A DNA stretch of 64,000 nt, from assembly GCA_013115145.1 (NCBI GenBank), contig JAAPAO010000075.1, positions 1-64,000 of the forward strand, given 5' to 3'. This DNA comes from Perkinsus chesapeaki ATCC PRA-425. Lineage: Eukaryota; Protista; Perkinsozoa. The position numbers and the translations under genes were made by a program. This document shows positions 25,825 to 37,915 of this stretch, in pieces. A model generated the notes under the pieces. That model saw only the letters and a program-made list of their open reading frames with translations, searched no databases and had not been told where the DNA came from. Position 1 is the first letter of the stretch, and each line of letters opens with the position of its first letter.

Positions 25825-28800
25825 GACTCGGACATGCTAGAATAACAAATAACCTCTCAAAGAGCAGAATGACCGCCTAATAGAGCCACAGAGGCTCCCA
25901 GGGGATCCACGACTAGCAAGTTCGTACGTGTTACATTTCCGCACTAAAGGATGTAAATTAACACCTAACGAATCTATTTTGCGCGCTAATTTAATAGGTC
26001 CCACCAGCCCTTGCGAGCTGTTGATGTCTGCTCCGGGCCGTGATACATGATCAGCTTTGGAATACTGGGAATCGACTTGGAGAACGGTAAACCCATTAAT
26101 CTTCTTAAGTCTCTACTGACGTCTGTGAAAAGTGAGATCCACCTAATTGTTCTCTTTATCCCCGCTATGACTATGGGCAGCTTCCTTCTAAAGCATTTGA
26201 GCATAACTTCTGCTAGCCAGTTAGAATTTGATGCTCAAGATGGGAGTTTACCCGGCGCGCACACACTGATCAAGTTGTGCGTGGAGGGCTCACCAGCACA
26301 ATTAAGTGCTGTCGCTCACTTTCGACCACCAAAGCGTGCCGCCTTCAATTCAACAACACCGGGGCTTGCTCCCTCGAATTTCCTCCACGCCCCCTAAAAA
26401 TTGCTCACGGGTCGTTCAATAAACTGGTTTCGGAATTCGAAACTCAGAATCGGTTCTGGAACTGGTTCTGGAATCGCCGTGAAATTTGTAACAAACCAAA
26501 GTCCCAAGGGGTTAAGATGATTGGGGGGTGATTTCAGCCGTGGCTTTTTACTACGTCACTCATAGCTATATAGATAATTTATAGAAAACTTACGTTCCCC
26601 TTAGAAATATGTATTTCCCCATATAGCTTTTATCTGTCACAGATATGCCGCATATCATATGCGTGTTATAGACAGACAAAAGATAAGGGACCACTATGCG
26701 TAAGGTGACGCAGTAGGATTATAATAACTACTAACAGGTGGTTCACGGCGCCTTGTCTTAGACAAGTTGTCTATGATGAAGACGATGATCTGCGAGGTCA
26801 TCGTGAGTCCGAGTCGGACTCAGCAGACTTGAGGAAGAGGTACTACTAGTAGACGTAACACTCGTGGTCATTCCAGAACTGCTGCTTGTAGATATTCTTG
26901 AAACGTGAAACGGCTGACTCAGCTTCGCTCCCTTCTTCGACCTCTTGAAGAGGTCCTCTTCTGAGCAAGATCTCAAAGCGAAATGCACTAGACAGTGATG
27001 CTGTTAAAGCCCGCAGAGCAGAAGATGTTCTGTTCTTCTGACTACTGAGGCCTGCTTGTCAAGTTACTCAAACTTTGAGGCTCAAAGATAACCTCGAAGT
27101 AATCATCTTGACTTTCTAAAGTTCTCTGCTTGGGGAATTCCTCCTGTAACCTAGGTCCTCAAAGGGTTATTAAATTTCCTTTTAATCTTAGGGCCTCGAC
27201 TCTCGGATCAGGTCGTGTTATCCCCATCAAAAGCATGTAATAATCTCCACAATCGGATCTCGAGCGGCGCTTATAGCGGCCTGTGCTTCAGCAAGACGTC
27301 GACAGTCCTCAACATCTTTTTCTGTATCCATCTCAGCAAAAGTTTCTTTGTTCGGACGGTATTCGAAAGGGTACCCTTCCTGAGCCAGTAAAAAGATTCC
27401 AATTCTTAGGAAAGATCGTGAAGAACCTCTTCTTAAGTGTTGAAGAAAGGCTGTCCGCTGAAGATCTACCGTACCTTCTTCTGGACGTAGTCCTGAAGCG
27501 TCCAAAAATAGATATGACTCGATAGTTACTATCGGATAGTATCGAGTCGCTACTTTTCTTTTGACTAATGGCAGGAACCTCTATTATCAGGTCATCATAA
27601 GAACGGTTCTTAGAGCGCCTAAGACCTTATTTAGATGGCAGGTTAGACCTGAAGATCTTTCCACAGAGACATCTGGATACTTGCTTGCGGTAGATCCATC
27701 ACGTAACCTTCACATAGATTCTATGTCATAGAATGCCTTCGTTCCTTCAATTCTGTCTACGCGACCCTTCCTCTGCAGATCTATAAAAGCGGGACTGTGC
27801 CAGCGAACAGGCCATCACGATCTTCCTCGGGTAACCAGAACTCAACCATAGAAAAGCCGAAGTCATGCACTACGGCTAGCTTACTAAGCTAAGCTCAGGG
27901 AACGTCAAACATGTCTCAGAAATACTTGTACTTATAAGCACATTTCTTTTATCTGATAAAATTTATCACTGTCCAAGTGACTCAACGCCCTCTGGCAGAA
28001 GGCCTCTGTCTTGCTTCCTCAGTCATATTTCCGTGAATCTGACCCAATTCCAAACTTTCATCGTCAGCGTCCTCTTTTTGTGGTGACTACAATGTAGTCT
28101 CTCTAGTAACTTTTTACCTCCGGGTCCCGGAGTCCGGGCATTACAGGAGAGAATACAAGCTAGACTTAGTCTAGTAGACTGTTACCGACCGCCAAGAGGC
28201 GCGCTCTTGACGGAGGTACCAAGCTTACTAGCATAGCCACGGAATATGCTGGCTACGATAGTTTGTAGGTGAAGTCCATAGCCCATACAATTTCCACAAT
28301 CCAGTCCCGGTCGCCTTCATGTTATCGTATTCCGAGTCCACAAAGTCGTCAGACACGTCATTTTGCTGGCTATATTCAATGCCTGGAATACTTTCCGGAA
28401 CCGAGGTATTACCTCGGAGGTAAGAATATACGAACCTGGTATATAGACTATATAATATAGTCTTCAATGTAGACTCTACAATGTAGAGTCTACATCGTAT
28501 AGTGTTATATCGATATCGTGCCCATGATATCGACCGTGATATTATCGTTCATCATTCCAATGGGACTCTCTGAGAGTCCCGAGTCGGAGAGTCACTCTCC
28601 ACCATCGCATTTGGCGAGATCGTAGACATATCCTGCGAAGACTTGAAAGCTCGAACCTTGAGCCTCAAAGTTGAGACTGCTAGACTATTAGTCTTGTGGC
28701 CTCACTTCTCTTAGATAAGTTCTTTCGCGGCTGGAGACATTACGGCGAGAGTCTGATATATATGCCCTAATATAATATTCAAGTTGAATAACGTTCCCCT

Positions 28801-29986
28801 CCTAAGACATCGACATACCCTCGGAGGGTGTATAACGATTGGTACACATGAGTCATGTGACATGACTTACATACATACGTATACAGTGTACGGTACACTC
28901 GAGAATCGTACACAGATTCTTGAGTCTCAAACAGTTTGAGTCAAACTAGTTACTAGTTTAAGGCACCTTAACTCGTGCTTACCGTGATGGTTTTGGAGAA
29001 GCGAGAGTACGAGCATTACAGCCTGTAATTTTCAGGGACAGTAGTTGTTAGTTACACTGTGAAACTGTGTATTTGTCACAATAATTTGCACAAATAATTT
29101 GTGTAGTCTAACTCGCTCCGCTAGTTACAAGGCAGACGAAAGCTTCGTCACGAAGCCTACTGTGTCAATAATTCGCATCGGCATGCCCGATAACAAGCTG
29201 GAAGCAGCTCTGAGAGCTGACCCAGCTTAGCTGAGCTCTCATAAGACTTCCACTGGGGACACTTCGAGCTGCTCGAATCGAGCTTGGTATAATACCATGT
29301 TTCGACTTACAATAATTGTAAGTCGAAACGAATCGTTTCGCCTTACACTACTTTCATTGAATGACATCGCAGCGATGTCATACGATATGATTCATACCAA
29401 CACTGCTACGTTCGGAGTCGTATGCGAGACTCGCATTGCGAGTTGCGTATCAGTGACACGTGGTACGGCATCACGATAAGCCTCGAATGATTGGACTTGC
29501 AGCTTGAACTGGGCTGCCCAGTCATATTCTCTTAATTGGACCAATATAGGATAATTGTGATATGCCCAGTGATACGTTACAGAACTCGACACGACACTTT
29601 CAAAAGAGTCGGAAGGCTTATCATAGGTGGAGCAGGGGAGCTACTACCTCGAAGGAGAAAAAATCTATGCCACTAGTATGTCCGTTGGAGAAGGGCAACA
29701 AAGAAGACTTCACTTGCAAGTAAGGGAGAACACAACTTCCAAAGGACATCACGCATATAGGAATATCTTATATCATATACATAGTATCATATGACAAGCC
29801 ATCACTCGTATTCCAAATATGTGTGAGGAAGTTCCTCGCGATAAAAAGTGCTATTCCCTTCTTGTCCAGCGGCTTTGACGGCCTGCTATTAACTGAATGA
29901 GCTACGACTGCTCAAACCACGATCTCTATGACAGTAAGAGTTGAGGAGCTGAAACAACAGCAGGGCAACTCGATAGTCAGGCGGGA

Positions 29987-31036
29987 CTACTGAGCATTGC
30001 ACTTCCGCGAAAGGGGGAAATACTGAGACCCACACTCAGAAAGATGGGCTTCAATCCATGTCTGATATCCATAGAAACATCTAACCCATTCGAAATAGTT
30101 GAGACCAATGTGGGTCTCGTGAGCAGGGAAAAAGTGGTCAAACCTGTAAGATGGGAGGATGCCGCCTCTGATCTCATCGAAGGCCTTCGTCATTGTGTTA
30201 TAAGCATACAAGATTCCTCCATTCGGGTCATCAGGACAGGCGCTGAACTTAGCACACATCGACACGACGGAGCAGTCCTCGGGAAGCGTGCAGTCCCCTT
30301 CACCCAGAAAAGTGATTTTGGCCTTATAGTTGCAGTAGTAGTCGTTGTTACAGTTTGGGCAAGTTTCATTGAGGAAGATCTTGAACTTATCGTATAAACC
30401 AGCAGCGCTGTTGCTGAAAGTAGTCACGGTTACATGGTCAGATCTGGCCATGATCGTGTCAACCAGCCTTCTGTTGCTATTTACTGTGCGAAGGGATGCG
30501 CCAACTTTCACGTCATAACCATGAAGAGTCTTCTTCATCTCATCGGTCTTGTCGAATATCTCCATCCATGCCTGGAGAGGGAGGTCGACATTGAAACTGA
30601 TGGCGACTGGACCCAAGCTAGGATGAGTATAATGTAGATTGAACTCCTCGAATAATCTTACGAAGTCCAAAGCCCAAACAGTATCATTATACCCGGGAGC
30701 ACCTCCAGCATAAAAGAGGTAGATGGTAGCTGTGTTGCCACTGACCTCGCGGAACTGACTTAGGAAATCGGCAAGTCTTTCGGGGGAAAGGAGATGTCCT
30801 TCATTAGATGCATCAGCTATGTTGAGATAGACATCACCACAGTTGTACTCCTTCGCCTGTGGAGTCTTGAAAAAGTCTATAAAGGAGGTATCATTGTCAG
30901 TCCAATAAGCTTGCCTCCAGGAGTAAGTCGCCATACACTTAGTCGATCTTTCGGACATCACACGGGGACCACGGAAGGGAGTAGCCTCGATGAGATTGGT
31001 AGAGAGTGCGATCAAGTAAGCTAGGACGAGGAGCAT
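29987..31036 (-). CDS. Secreted uncharacterised protein, glycoside-hydrolase-like TIM-barrel family, copy 1
   Basis: Intronless ORF with a signal peptide. First ATG at 31036, preceded by a ttttcag acceptor (track start 31054 is TTG). Family motifs ATYSWRQAYW, CGDVYLNIAD, ISFNVD, DHVTV, EWVRCFYG. Confidence 0.8.
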   Translation of the reverse strand: MLLVLAYLIALSTNLIEATPFRGPRVMSERSTKCMATYSWRQAYWTDNDTSFIDFFKTPQAKEYNCGDVYLNIADASNEGHLLSPERLADFLSQFREVSGNTATIYLFYAGGAPGYNDTVWALDFVRLFEEFNLHYTHPSLGPVAISFNVDLPLQAWMEIFDKTDEMKKTLHGYDVKVGASLRTVNSNRRLVDTIMARSDHVTVTTFSNSAAGLYDKFKIFLNETCPNCNNDYYCNYKAKITFLGEGDCTLPEDCSVVSMCAKFSACPDDPNGGILYAYNTMTKAFDEIRGGILPSYRFDHFFPAHETHIGLNYFEWVRCFYGYQTWIEAHLSECGSQYFPLSRKCNAQ

Positions 31037-33497
31037 ACTTGCTGAACTTATCAATCCTGAAAAGGCATGCCTGTCTCTATGTGGAAGACCCCAAGGTGGC
31101 GAGAAAGTTCATTGTTCCTCGGCAAGAGTTTGATCCTGCGTGCTGGCAGATACAGCGAATTCTCCACGGAGATTCAACGGAGACGAACTCCCCTATGAAA
31201 GAAATACAGAGCACAATAAGAATAATGTTGTTCCAGCAACAGATTCAGACATAGCTCTCGTGATTAGAAGGGGCATACGAGACATATTAGGCTGGGTCGA
31301 AGTTCGACCGTCGAACTGGCTCCTAATTTAACGATGGCGCGCAATAGACAGTTGGGTGGCGGTAAACTCCCGCGAGGGCCTCACCCAGCTATCGGCTTGC
31401 CAAGGAAAATAGAGATTATCCATAATGGACACTGCACGAAGCTGGAAGATTCTAACATGTGACTCGATCAACGTTCCAATACCAGCAACTATAGACCATC
31501 ATTATTGTATTACTGAGTGGCCTGCGTCTCATATGTGCCATGTGGAGCGCTGCTCCGCACAGTCGATGTGTAGTCCGCTGCTTGACCCATTCGCGACGGA
31601 GTAGAATATCTAGCGGAAAGCGACGGCCTCCGACTTGCACACTGGCTGATTATCACGCGTATGAATTTAGCCTACCTTCCGCGTAAAGCTCGATCAGCAA
31701 TGTCAGTTGCACACGGGCGAGTGCTATGGTGACGCGTTTGTGCCACAAACGCGTCACCATAGCACTCGCCCACAAACTTTGTGGGCTCCGTGAAAACTGT
31801 TACCTTCAACAGAACAGTTATTACGATGTTAACGAAGATCATTCGTCGGACTCTACGTGAAGAAGTCGATTGGTATGATCTCAATGAAAATTGACTTGGA
31901 TATTTTGCAGTGGATTACAGGGAAAGGCGAGAGAAACGAGTGCATGCAATCGCGATTGGTGACCCGCCGAGCTTCAGCGGTGCGCTGATGAAGAAGTAGA
32001 CAATATCATAAGCATCCCTTGCAGTTACAGTGTAATTATCACACACGATTAAAATGTTCGTGACACTCGAAAGTCAAGTGGGAGATGAGAAGAACAGTAT
32101 TTCGATATTAAATACTATTTAATGAGTAGCATTGAAATAATCCTAACAACGATGAATGGCGTAGTACCCATAAGTCAAGTATACGATTCGTATAATACGA
32201 ATAATTAATGAGCAGCTTATAGACAATGTATGCAACCTGAAGCCGCCGTCACCGGAGCTCTCTTCTGATATAGTCGGCCTATCTCTTGTGAATCGCTACA
32301 CGATACAGCAGAAGGTTTGTGTCAACAGAGCTTGGTTGAAAACTGTGAACTGCAATCTACGGACGGTCGAACCGCACTGTTTAATCCGGTAATCTACAGT
32401 CACCGATAGTCCATTTTCATATTACATGTTGCAATGCAACAGAAAAACCCTTCGATCCTTGACAAAAACCTGCCAGTGCGTGGACGCAAACAATGACCTT
32501 GCTTCTCGGAAAAGCAGATGACCAGCTCATCATGACCTCTAACCAAGTGGGCATGCCCGCCATAATAATGTCAAAGAGTAAGTTAGTTGTCTCGTGGAGC
32601 TCTCATGCTGAGCTCTGGATACCCTTTTCTTGGCCTATAGGAACCCTATTGAAATGTTGAAGACCTTCTTGGGTTTAATAATGCCATAGTGACAATTTGT
32701 CACTGACAAACGGTTGTCCGTCAAGTCACGACAACCTTTGGATATTAATAAGCTCACATCTTTTTCTTGGAAATTCCCAGATAATCCTCAGTAGATTATC
32801 ACACTGGTCCCGTATATGTCGCCGCTCAAATCAACAGCGTTCAGCGAAATGAGTTACTGCCAGCATCAAGGTTCTCCGCCAGGGGAAAGCGGGATTCACA
32901 ACTGCACTAAGTTAGTGCCACTAACGTACAAGACTTGTGCGCGGTACATTGTCACTGGCATCTGCCAGCGGCGTCCGCAGAAAGTAATCAAGAATCAGCA
33001 TGCTTGATGAAGCTCGACATCGCGGCCGTGTCGCATTGCTCTCCATAATCGCACCGTCTCATCCTGGGACTCCCAGGGCTTCTCGTGAAATCCCTATGCA
33101 CGCTTGTGACGAGGTGATCTGTCAAGAAGCTGTCACCTATGGATGGAGAGTGGGGACTCGTCTCTGGTGAGTATACGAATCGCTAGGATTGCAAATGCTA
33201 ACTACCCGGAGAGTTCTTCAGCGAATTCATCGCACTTGCATGATACAGAACTCAATATAACGCAGTCAGAGAATTCGAGAAGGTCTTATCACCCATCGTT
33301 GTTTCAGCGGACTACCGCCCAGTTGGTAGAAAACTGTGTCTCGGTGACACTACCTATTCATCGCAGCGAGGCGGAGCGCATAGGAGAAGAAGTGCTACGG
33401 AACGTAGACTTTTGAAATAAGATTAGTCTAGTAAGAATAACAGTACGGCTTTAGCAAACAGCGAATGTGAATCGAAATGATTCAATCATTGCACATA

Positions 33498-34580
33498 CTA
33501 CTGAGCATTGCACTTCTGCGAAAGAGGGAAGTACTGTGACCCACACTCAGTAAGATTGGCTTCAATCCATGTCTGATATCCATAGAAACATCTAACCCAT
33601 TCGAAATAGTTGAGACCAATGTGGGTCTCGTGAGCAGGGAAAAAGTGGTCAAACCTGTCAGATGGGAGGATGCCGCCTCTAATCGCATCGAAGGCCTTCT
33701 TCATTGTGCTATAAGCATATAAGATTCCTCCATTCGGGTCATCAGGACAGGCGCTGAACTTAGCACACATCGACGCGACGGAGCAGTCCTCGGGAAGCGT
33801 GCAGTCACCTTCACCCAGAAAAGTGATTTTGGCCTTATAGTTGCAGTAGTAGTCGTTGTTACAGTTTGGGCAAGTTTCATTGAGGAAGATCTTGAACTTA
33901 TCGTATAAACCAGCAGCGCTGTTGCTGAAAGTAGTCACGGTTACATGGTCAGATCTGGCCATGATCGTGTCAACCAGCCTTCTGTTGGTATTTACTGTGC
34001 TAAGGGACGCGTCAACTTTCACGTCATAACAGTGAAGAGTCTTCTTCATCTCATCGGTCTTGTCGAATATCTCCATCCATGCCTGGAGAGGGAGGTCAAC
34101 ATTGAAACTGATGCCGACTGGACCCAAGCTAGGATGAGTATAATTAAGAGTGAACTCCTCGAATAATCTTACGAAGTCCAAAGCCCAAACAGTATCATTA
34201 TACCCGGAAGCACCTCCAGCATAAAAGAGGTAGATGGTAGCTGTGTTGCCACTGACCTCGCGGAACTGACTCAGGAAATCGGCAAGTCTTTCGGGGGAAA
34301 GGAGATGTCCTTCATTAGATGCATCAGCTATGTTGAGATAGACATCACCACAGTTGTACTCCTTCGCCTGTGGAGTCTTGAAAAAGTCTATAAAGGAGGT
34401 ATCATTATCAGTCCAATAAGCTTGCCTCCAGGAGTAAGTCGCCATACACTTATTGGATGCTTCGGACATCACACGGGGACCACGGAAGGGACTTGCTTCG
34501 TTGAGATTAAAAGAGATAGCGATCAGGCAGAATAGAACGAGGATCATGCTTGCTAAACTTTGGTAACCCTGAGAATACAT
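33498..34580 (-). CDS. Secreted uncharacterised GH-like family, copy 2 (close paralogue of copy 1)
   Basis: 360-aa ORF nearly identical to copy 1. The true start may be ATG 34547, which shares the agtt(c/t)agcaag(t/c)ATG context with copy 1. Confidence 0.8.
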   Translation of the reverse strand: MYSQGYQSLASMILVLFCLIAISFNLNEASPFRGPRVMSEASNKCMATYSWRQAYWTDNDTSFIDFFKTPQAKEYNCGDVYLNIADASNEGHLLSPERLADFLSQFREVSGNTATIYLFYAGGASGYNDTVWALDFVRLFEEFTLNYTHPSLGPVGISFNVDLPLQAWMEIFDKTDEMKKTLHCYDVKVDASLSTVNTNRRLVDTIMARSDHVTVTTFSNSAAGLYDKFKIFLNETCPNCNNDYYCNYKAKITFLGEGDCTLPEDCSVASMCAKFSACPDDPNGGILYAYSTMKKAFDAIRGGILPSDRFDHFFPAHETHIGLNYFEWVRCFYGYQTWIEANLTECGSQYFPLSQKCNAQ

Positions 34581-36398
34581 GCGAGCTCACTATCGAGTCT
34601 ATTGCTACACAGAGGGAGGCCGATTCTTCGTTCCTCGACAAGGAACTGCCGCTGCGTGCACGCAAACATAGCGATTTCTCCAAGAGGAGATCTCAGTGAG
34701 GACTTTGATAGCGCGCCTTCTCACTCAACTTCAGAGTCTGAAATCCTGAAAGATTTGAAAACCTATTTAGGGTTGAGATTTAGACGTTCTTCCATGACCA
34801 GAGTTTCATGAGCGGGTAATATTAACAAGATCGAGTGAATTGTATGGCATTAAACCTCACCGAACTATCCTGCACGTGTACGCTTCCACAGCAGAGGCGG
34901 GGCATAGTCACCAGAAACGATTCGGAGAGAGACATTGACCGTATAGCGTAATCGTTTTTATAGGTACATGTATAGGTTCTGCCAGAGCCAAACGTGGGCT
35001 TGGGGTCATCTGTACTGCAGCGAGAATGGGTTGCTTGACTCGCACCCTGCGCTTCAACCTGAGCTTGAGACGCAGAACTGCTCTGTTTTTCCGCCCTGTA
35101 CCTATGCTTGTGACGCGCATTTCCATTTTTTGGTGATAGCTATAGTTTTCTTGACTGCGGTATTTCGTTTGCACTTTCCTTTACACTGGCCGATGCTTCA
35201 AAGAAGCTTGGGTAAGCTGAGTTTTGGGTTTGCACTGCAAGTTTACACCAGAAAGCGAGGCGCTTGCTGCTGCTACTCCTTTAATACTGACCAGACGGAA
35301 CCCAAATCCAAGCCTCTCGGTAGTGTGCACGCGTACAGTGAGTGTGAATCACAAACGGGATTCGCCGGAAGCTTGTGTCCACATCGCTGGTCAGAGGTTG
35401 GCGGCATCTACACTTCACTACTCGTTTCCGGGTTCTCAAGTTACTGCGGCTCGAAGCTCTGGAATACAATCTCTATTGCGCGCCGCCGGCGAAGGCTTGG
35501 CGGCTAAGCGTTACTCTGCACTAAGCATGCAGGATAAGGCCGACCAAGCTGATTACATGACCGTTAAAGTACTGATGGCCGCCGTGCACCGAGCTTGAAG
35601 ATATTCTAGTGATGATTTTTTCTCTAGGTGCAGTGCACCTGGTGCATCGACCCATGTGCGACTGGCTCCTGGTGACCAGGAGCTGGTCCAGAAGTCTTCG
35701 AGAATCAAAGTGACGTTACCGACTCTTGAACTAGTTCTCTGTGTCATCATGAATTTATGTGATGTTGTCTTCTAATGAGAGCTGTGGTGATTGTGTTTTC
35801 CAATGGCGACGTCTATAAATATGTACATTGTTCGGCACGTCGGGCGCGTGTCAATTGTGCTCGCTCATATATTAGACAGGATCGCGGAATTTTGATCGAG
35901 ACTGCAAACTGGGAAGGTAAGACATCCGAAGATTATGCTTGAACCCTGATTGGCTATAGAGTTATCATGTTATTGAAGATAATTTACAGGACTGTAGAGG
36001 CAATCAATGTACCAATCACGGCTCCGCCCACGCGAAGGCGGGTTAGTCACCAAGAGGGGTCGCGTTTGTGTACGGTGGTGTGGTGCAACGCCGCCACTCA
36101 TGAGAAATACTCAACAATGATTGAGCGGAATAGAATGATCTCATCAAATCCACCGCGACCCTCTCCTTGAGAGCGGTGAAGCAACGACAGTCAGAAAAGC
36201 AAGAATCCATATCGCTTGATGACAAGAAAGTGAAATACCATTAACCAGCTGCTAACCCATACATTTGCTGTGACTACAACTGGCGAGCAATTGGGATAGC
36301 TGGCTAGCTCGCTTTCACAGACAGCCGTAATAATGCAGAAAAACAGACACACGTAACAAATCACGGAACAATTGACAGAAGAAAGGATGATGAAATTT

Positions 36399-37610
36399 TC
36401 ACTGAGAGCGGCAGCCTGCCGCCAAGGTGTGGTAATCAGCGCAGTTCTGGTAGCCTTGAGACGCCGAAAACTCGCCACCAAAATAGCAACGTTGCCATTC
36501 CCAATTGTGAATAGCATAGAGATTTTCCTGGATATCGAACAGATGGCCAAATTGGTCTTGTGTGATCAGACCTTCATCTATCATTCTCGCTTTTAACTCG
36601 TTCATAGTGTTCCAGACGTATTCGATACCGCCATCGCTGCTAGGATAAGTCGCCGAATCAAATGCACACATGGATAGCTTACGACAATTGGCACCCATTT
36701 CACACGACGCCTCAACCATAATAGTAATCTTGGCCTTCAAGTTCTCCCAGCCAGGTTGAGTGCATACTGCACATTGTTCAGTTAGCATCCATCTCATTCT
36801 GTACATCAAATCGTCGACCCATCTACCACCAATTTGATTCCGATAAAGTAGCATCAGTGCATGATCGGCATATCTCATCACATACTCGGTTTCAGTGGGA
36901 TTCCTGTCCCCTTCAATTGCACTATCTACCCAAATAGACCCTTCTGGGTAGCCCATTCTTTCTGTGACTGTATTTTTCATATCTCGAGCGGCTATAAGAG
37001 TTTGCAAATAGTAGTTTTCGTCGATATGTTCAACGTCGAAGCTGAGACCAATGGGCCCGATTTCCTTCATGACATCGGCGGGAATGTTAATGAGGACAAA
37101 TTCCTCGAAGACACGGACAAAGCCGAGCATTTTCTGACCGTTCCTTTCGACTACGTCGCCATAAGTAAGATAAATTCGACCATCAGAGCCGCTGGCTTGA
37201 CGCCATTTTTTCATCCAAGCGATGAGCTGATCAGGATAATGAATCCTATCAAAGTTGGAATAATCAGCTACGTTGATGTAGAGGTCACCACAGTTCCACA
37301 GACGGCCCATGTCAGATGCGGCAAAGTCTGTGAGAGAGTTCGAGTCGTTCACCCAGTACACTTGGGACCATGCATATGTGGCAAAGCGTCGCTCGCCACA
37401 CTGGCCGGGTCCGGGGGGTGCCCTGGTGGTGCTGGTGCCGGGTACGCCAGTGGTGCTACCGGAGCTTGGTGTGGTTTGAGAACCGGGCGTCCCAGTTGTA
37501 GTAGTAGGGCCCCTGGTGGAACTGTTATTACCACAACCGTTAAAGAGGCAACAAACAAGCAGAAGGCCAAGAGCTACGAAGATATCTGAACGGCGGTTGA
37601 GGATGATCAT
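36399..37610 (-). CDS. Secreted GH-like family, divergent copy 3 with Thr/Ser/Gly/Pro linker
   Basis: Signal peptide from ATG 37610 (track start 37694 is TTG) and a T/S/P/G-rich stalk. Then ATYAWSQVYW, CGDLYINVAD, GLSFDVEH, DHALMLLYRN, KAKITIMVE and WEWQRCYFG align with copies 1, 2 and 4. Confidence 0.8.
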   Translation of the reverse strand: MIILNRRSDIFVALGLLLVCCLFNGCGNNSSTRGPTTTTGTPGSQTTPSSGSTTGVPGTSTTRAPPGPGQCGERRFATYAWSQVYWVNDSNSLTDFAASDMGRLWNCGDLYINVADYSNFDRIHYPDQLIAWMKKWRQASGSDGRIYLTYGDVVERNGQKMLGFVRVFEEFVLINIPADVMKEIGPIGLSFDVEHIDENYYLQTLIAARDMKNTVTERMGYPEGSIWVDSAIEGDRNPTETEYVMRYADHALMLLYRNQIGGRWVDDLMYRMRWMLTEQCAVCTQPGWENLKAKITIMVEASCEMGANCRKLSMCAFDSATYPSSDGGIEYVWNTMNELKARMIDEGLITQDQFGHLFDIQENLYAIHNWEWQRCYFGGEFSASQGYQNCADYHTLAAGCRSQ

Positions 37611-37727
37611 ATAAACTGGTAAACACAATCTGATAGTAACAGAGGAAGGCTCTATACAGAAACACTGAAGAGGGGCTCTTAAGAAGATGTCCAATGAAGG
37701 TGGCGTATATTTCTGTGATCATAATAC

Positions 37728-37915
37728 TGTATCAATCCATCCCCTTCACTGGACGCAACAGGTGGTGACATTGACGGATTAAGCACCAATAAAGATACTG
37801 CCATAACACATTTCCTCATAGACTGATACTTAATAGAAATAAGGGAACTTCTCGACTACTCCGCTGCGCTATGCATATGCGTGCAACTACTATTGGCGCT
37901 CGCCTTATGGCGACA
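37728..37915 (-). repeat. 3' LTR (188 bp)
   Basis: Direct repeat of 42574-42761. Contains the polyprotein stop codon. Confidence 0.97.

Noticed and set aside
36861-37589. 242-aa plus-strand ORF
   Set aside because: It lies antisense to family copy 3, which has clear paralogue support.
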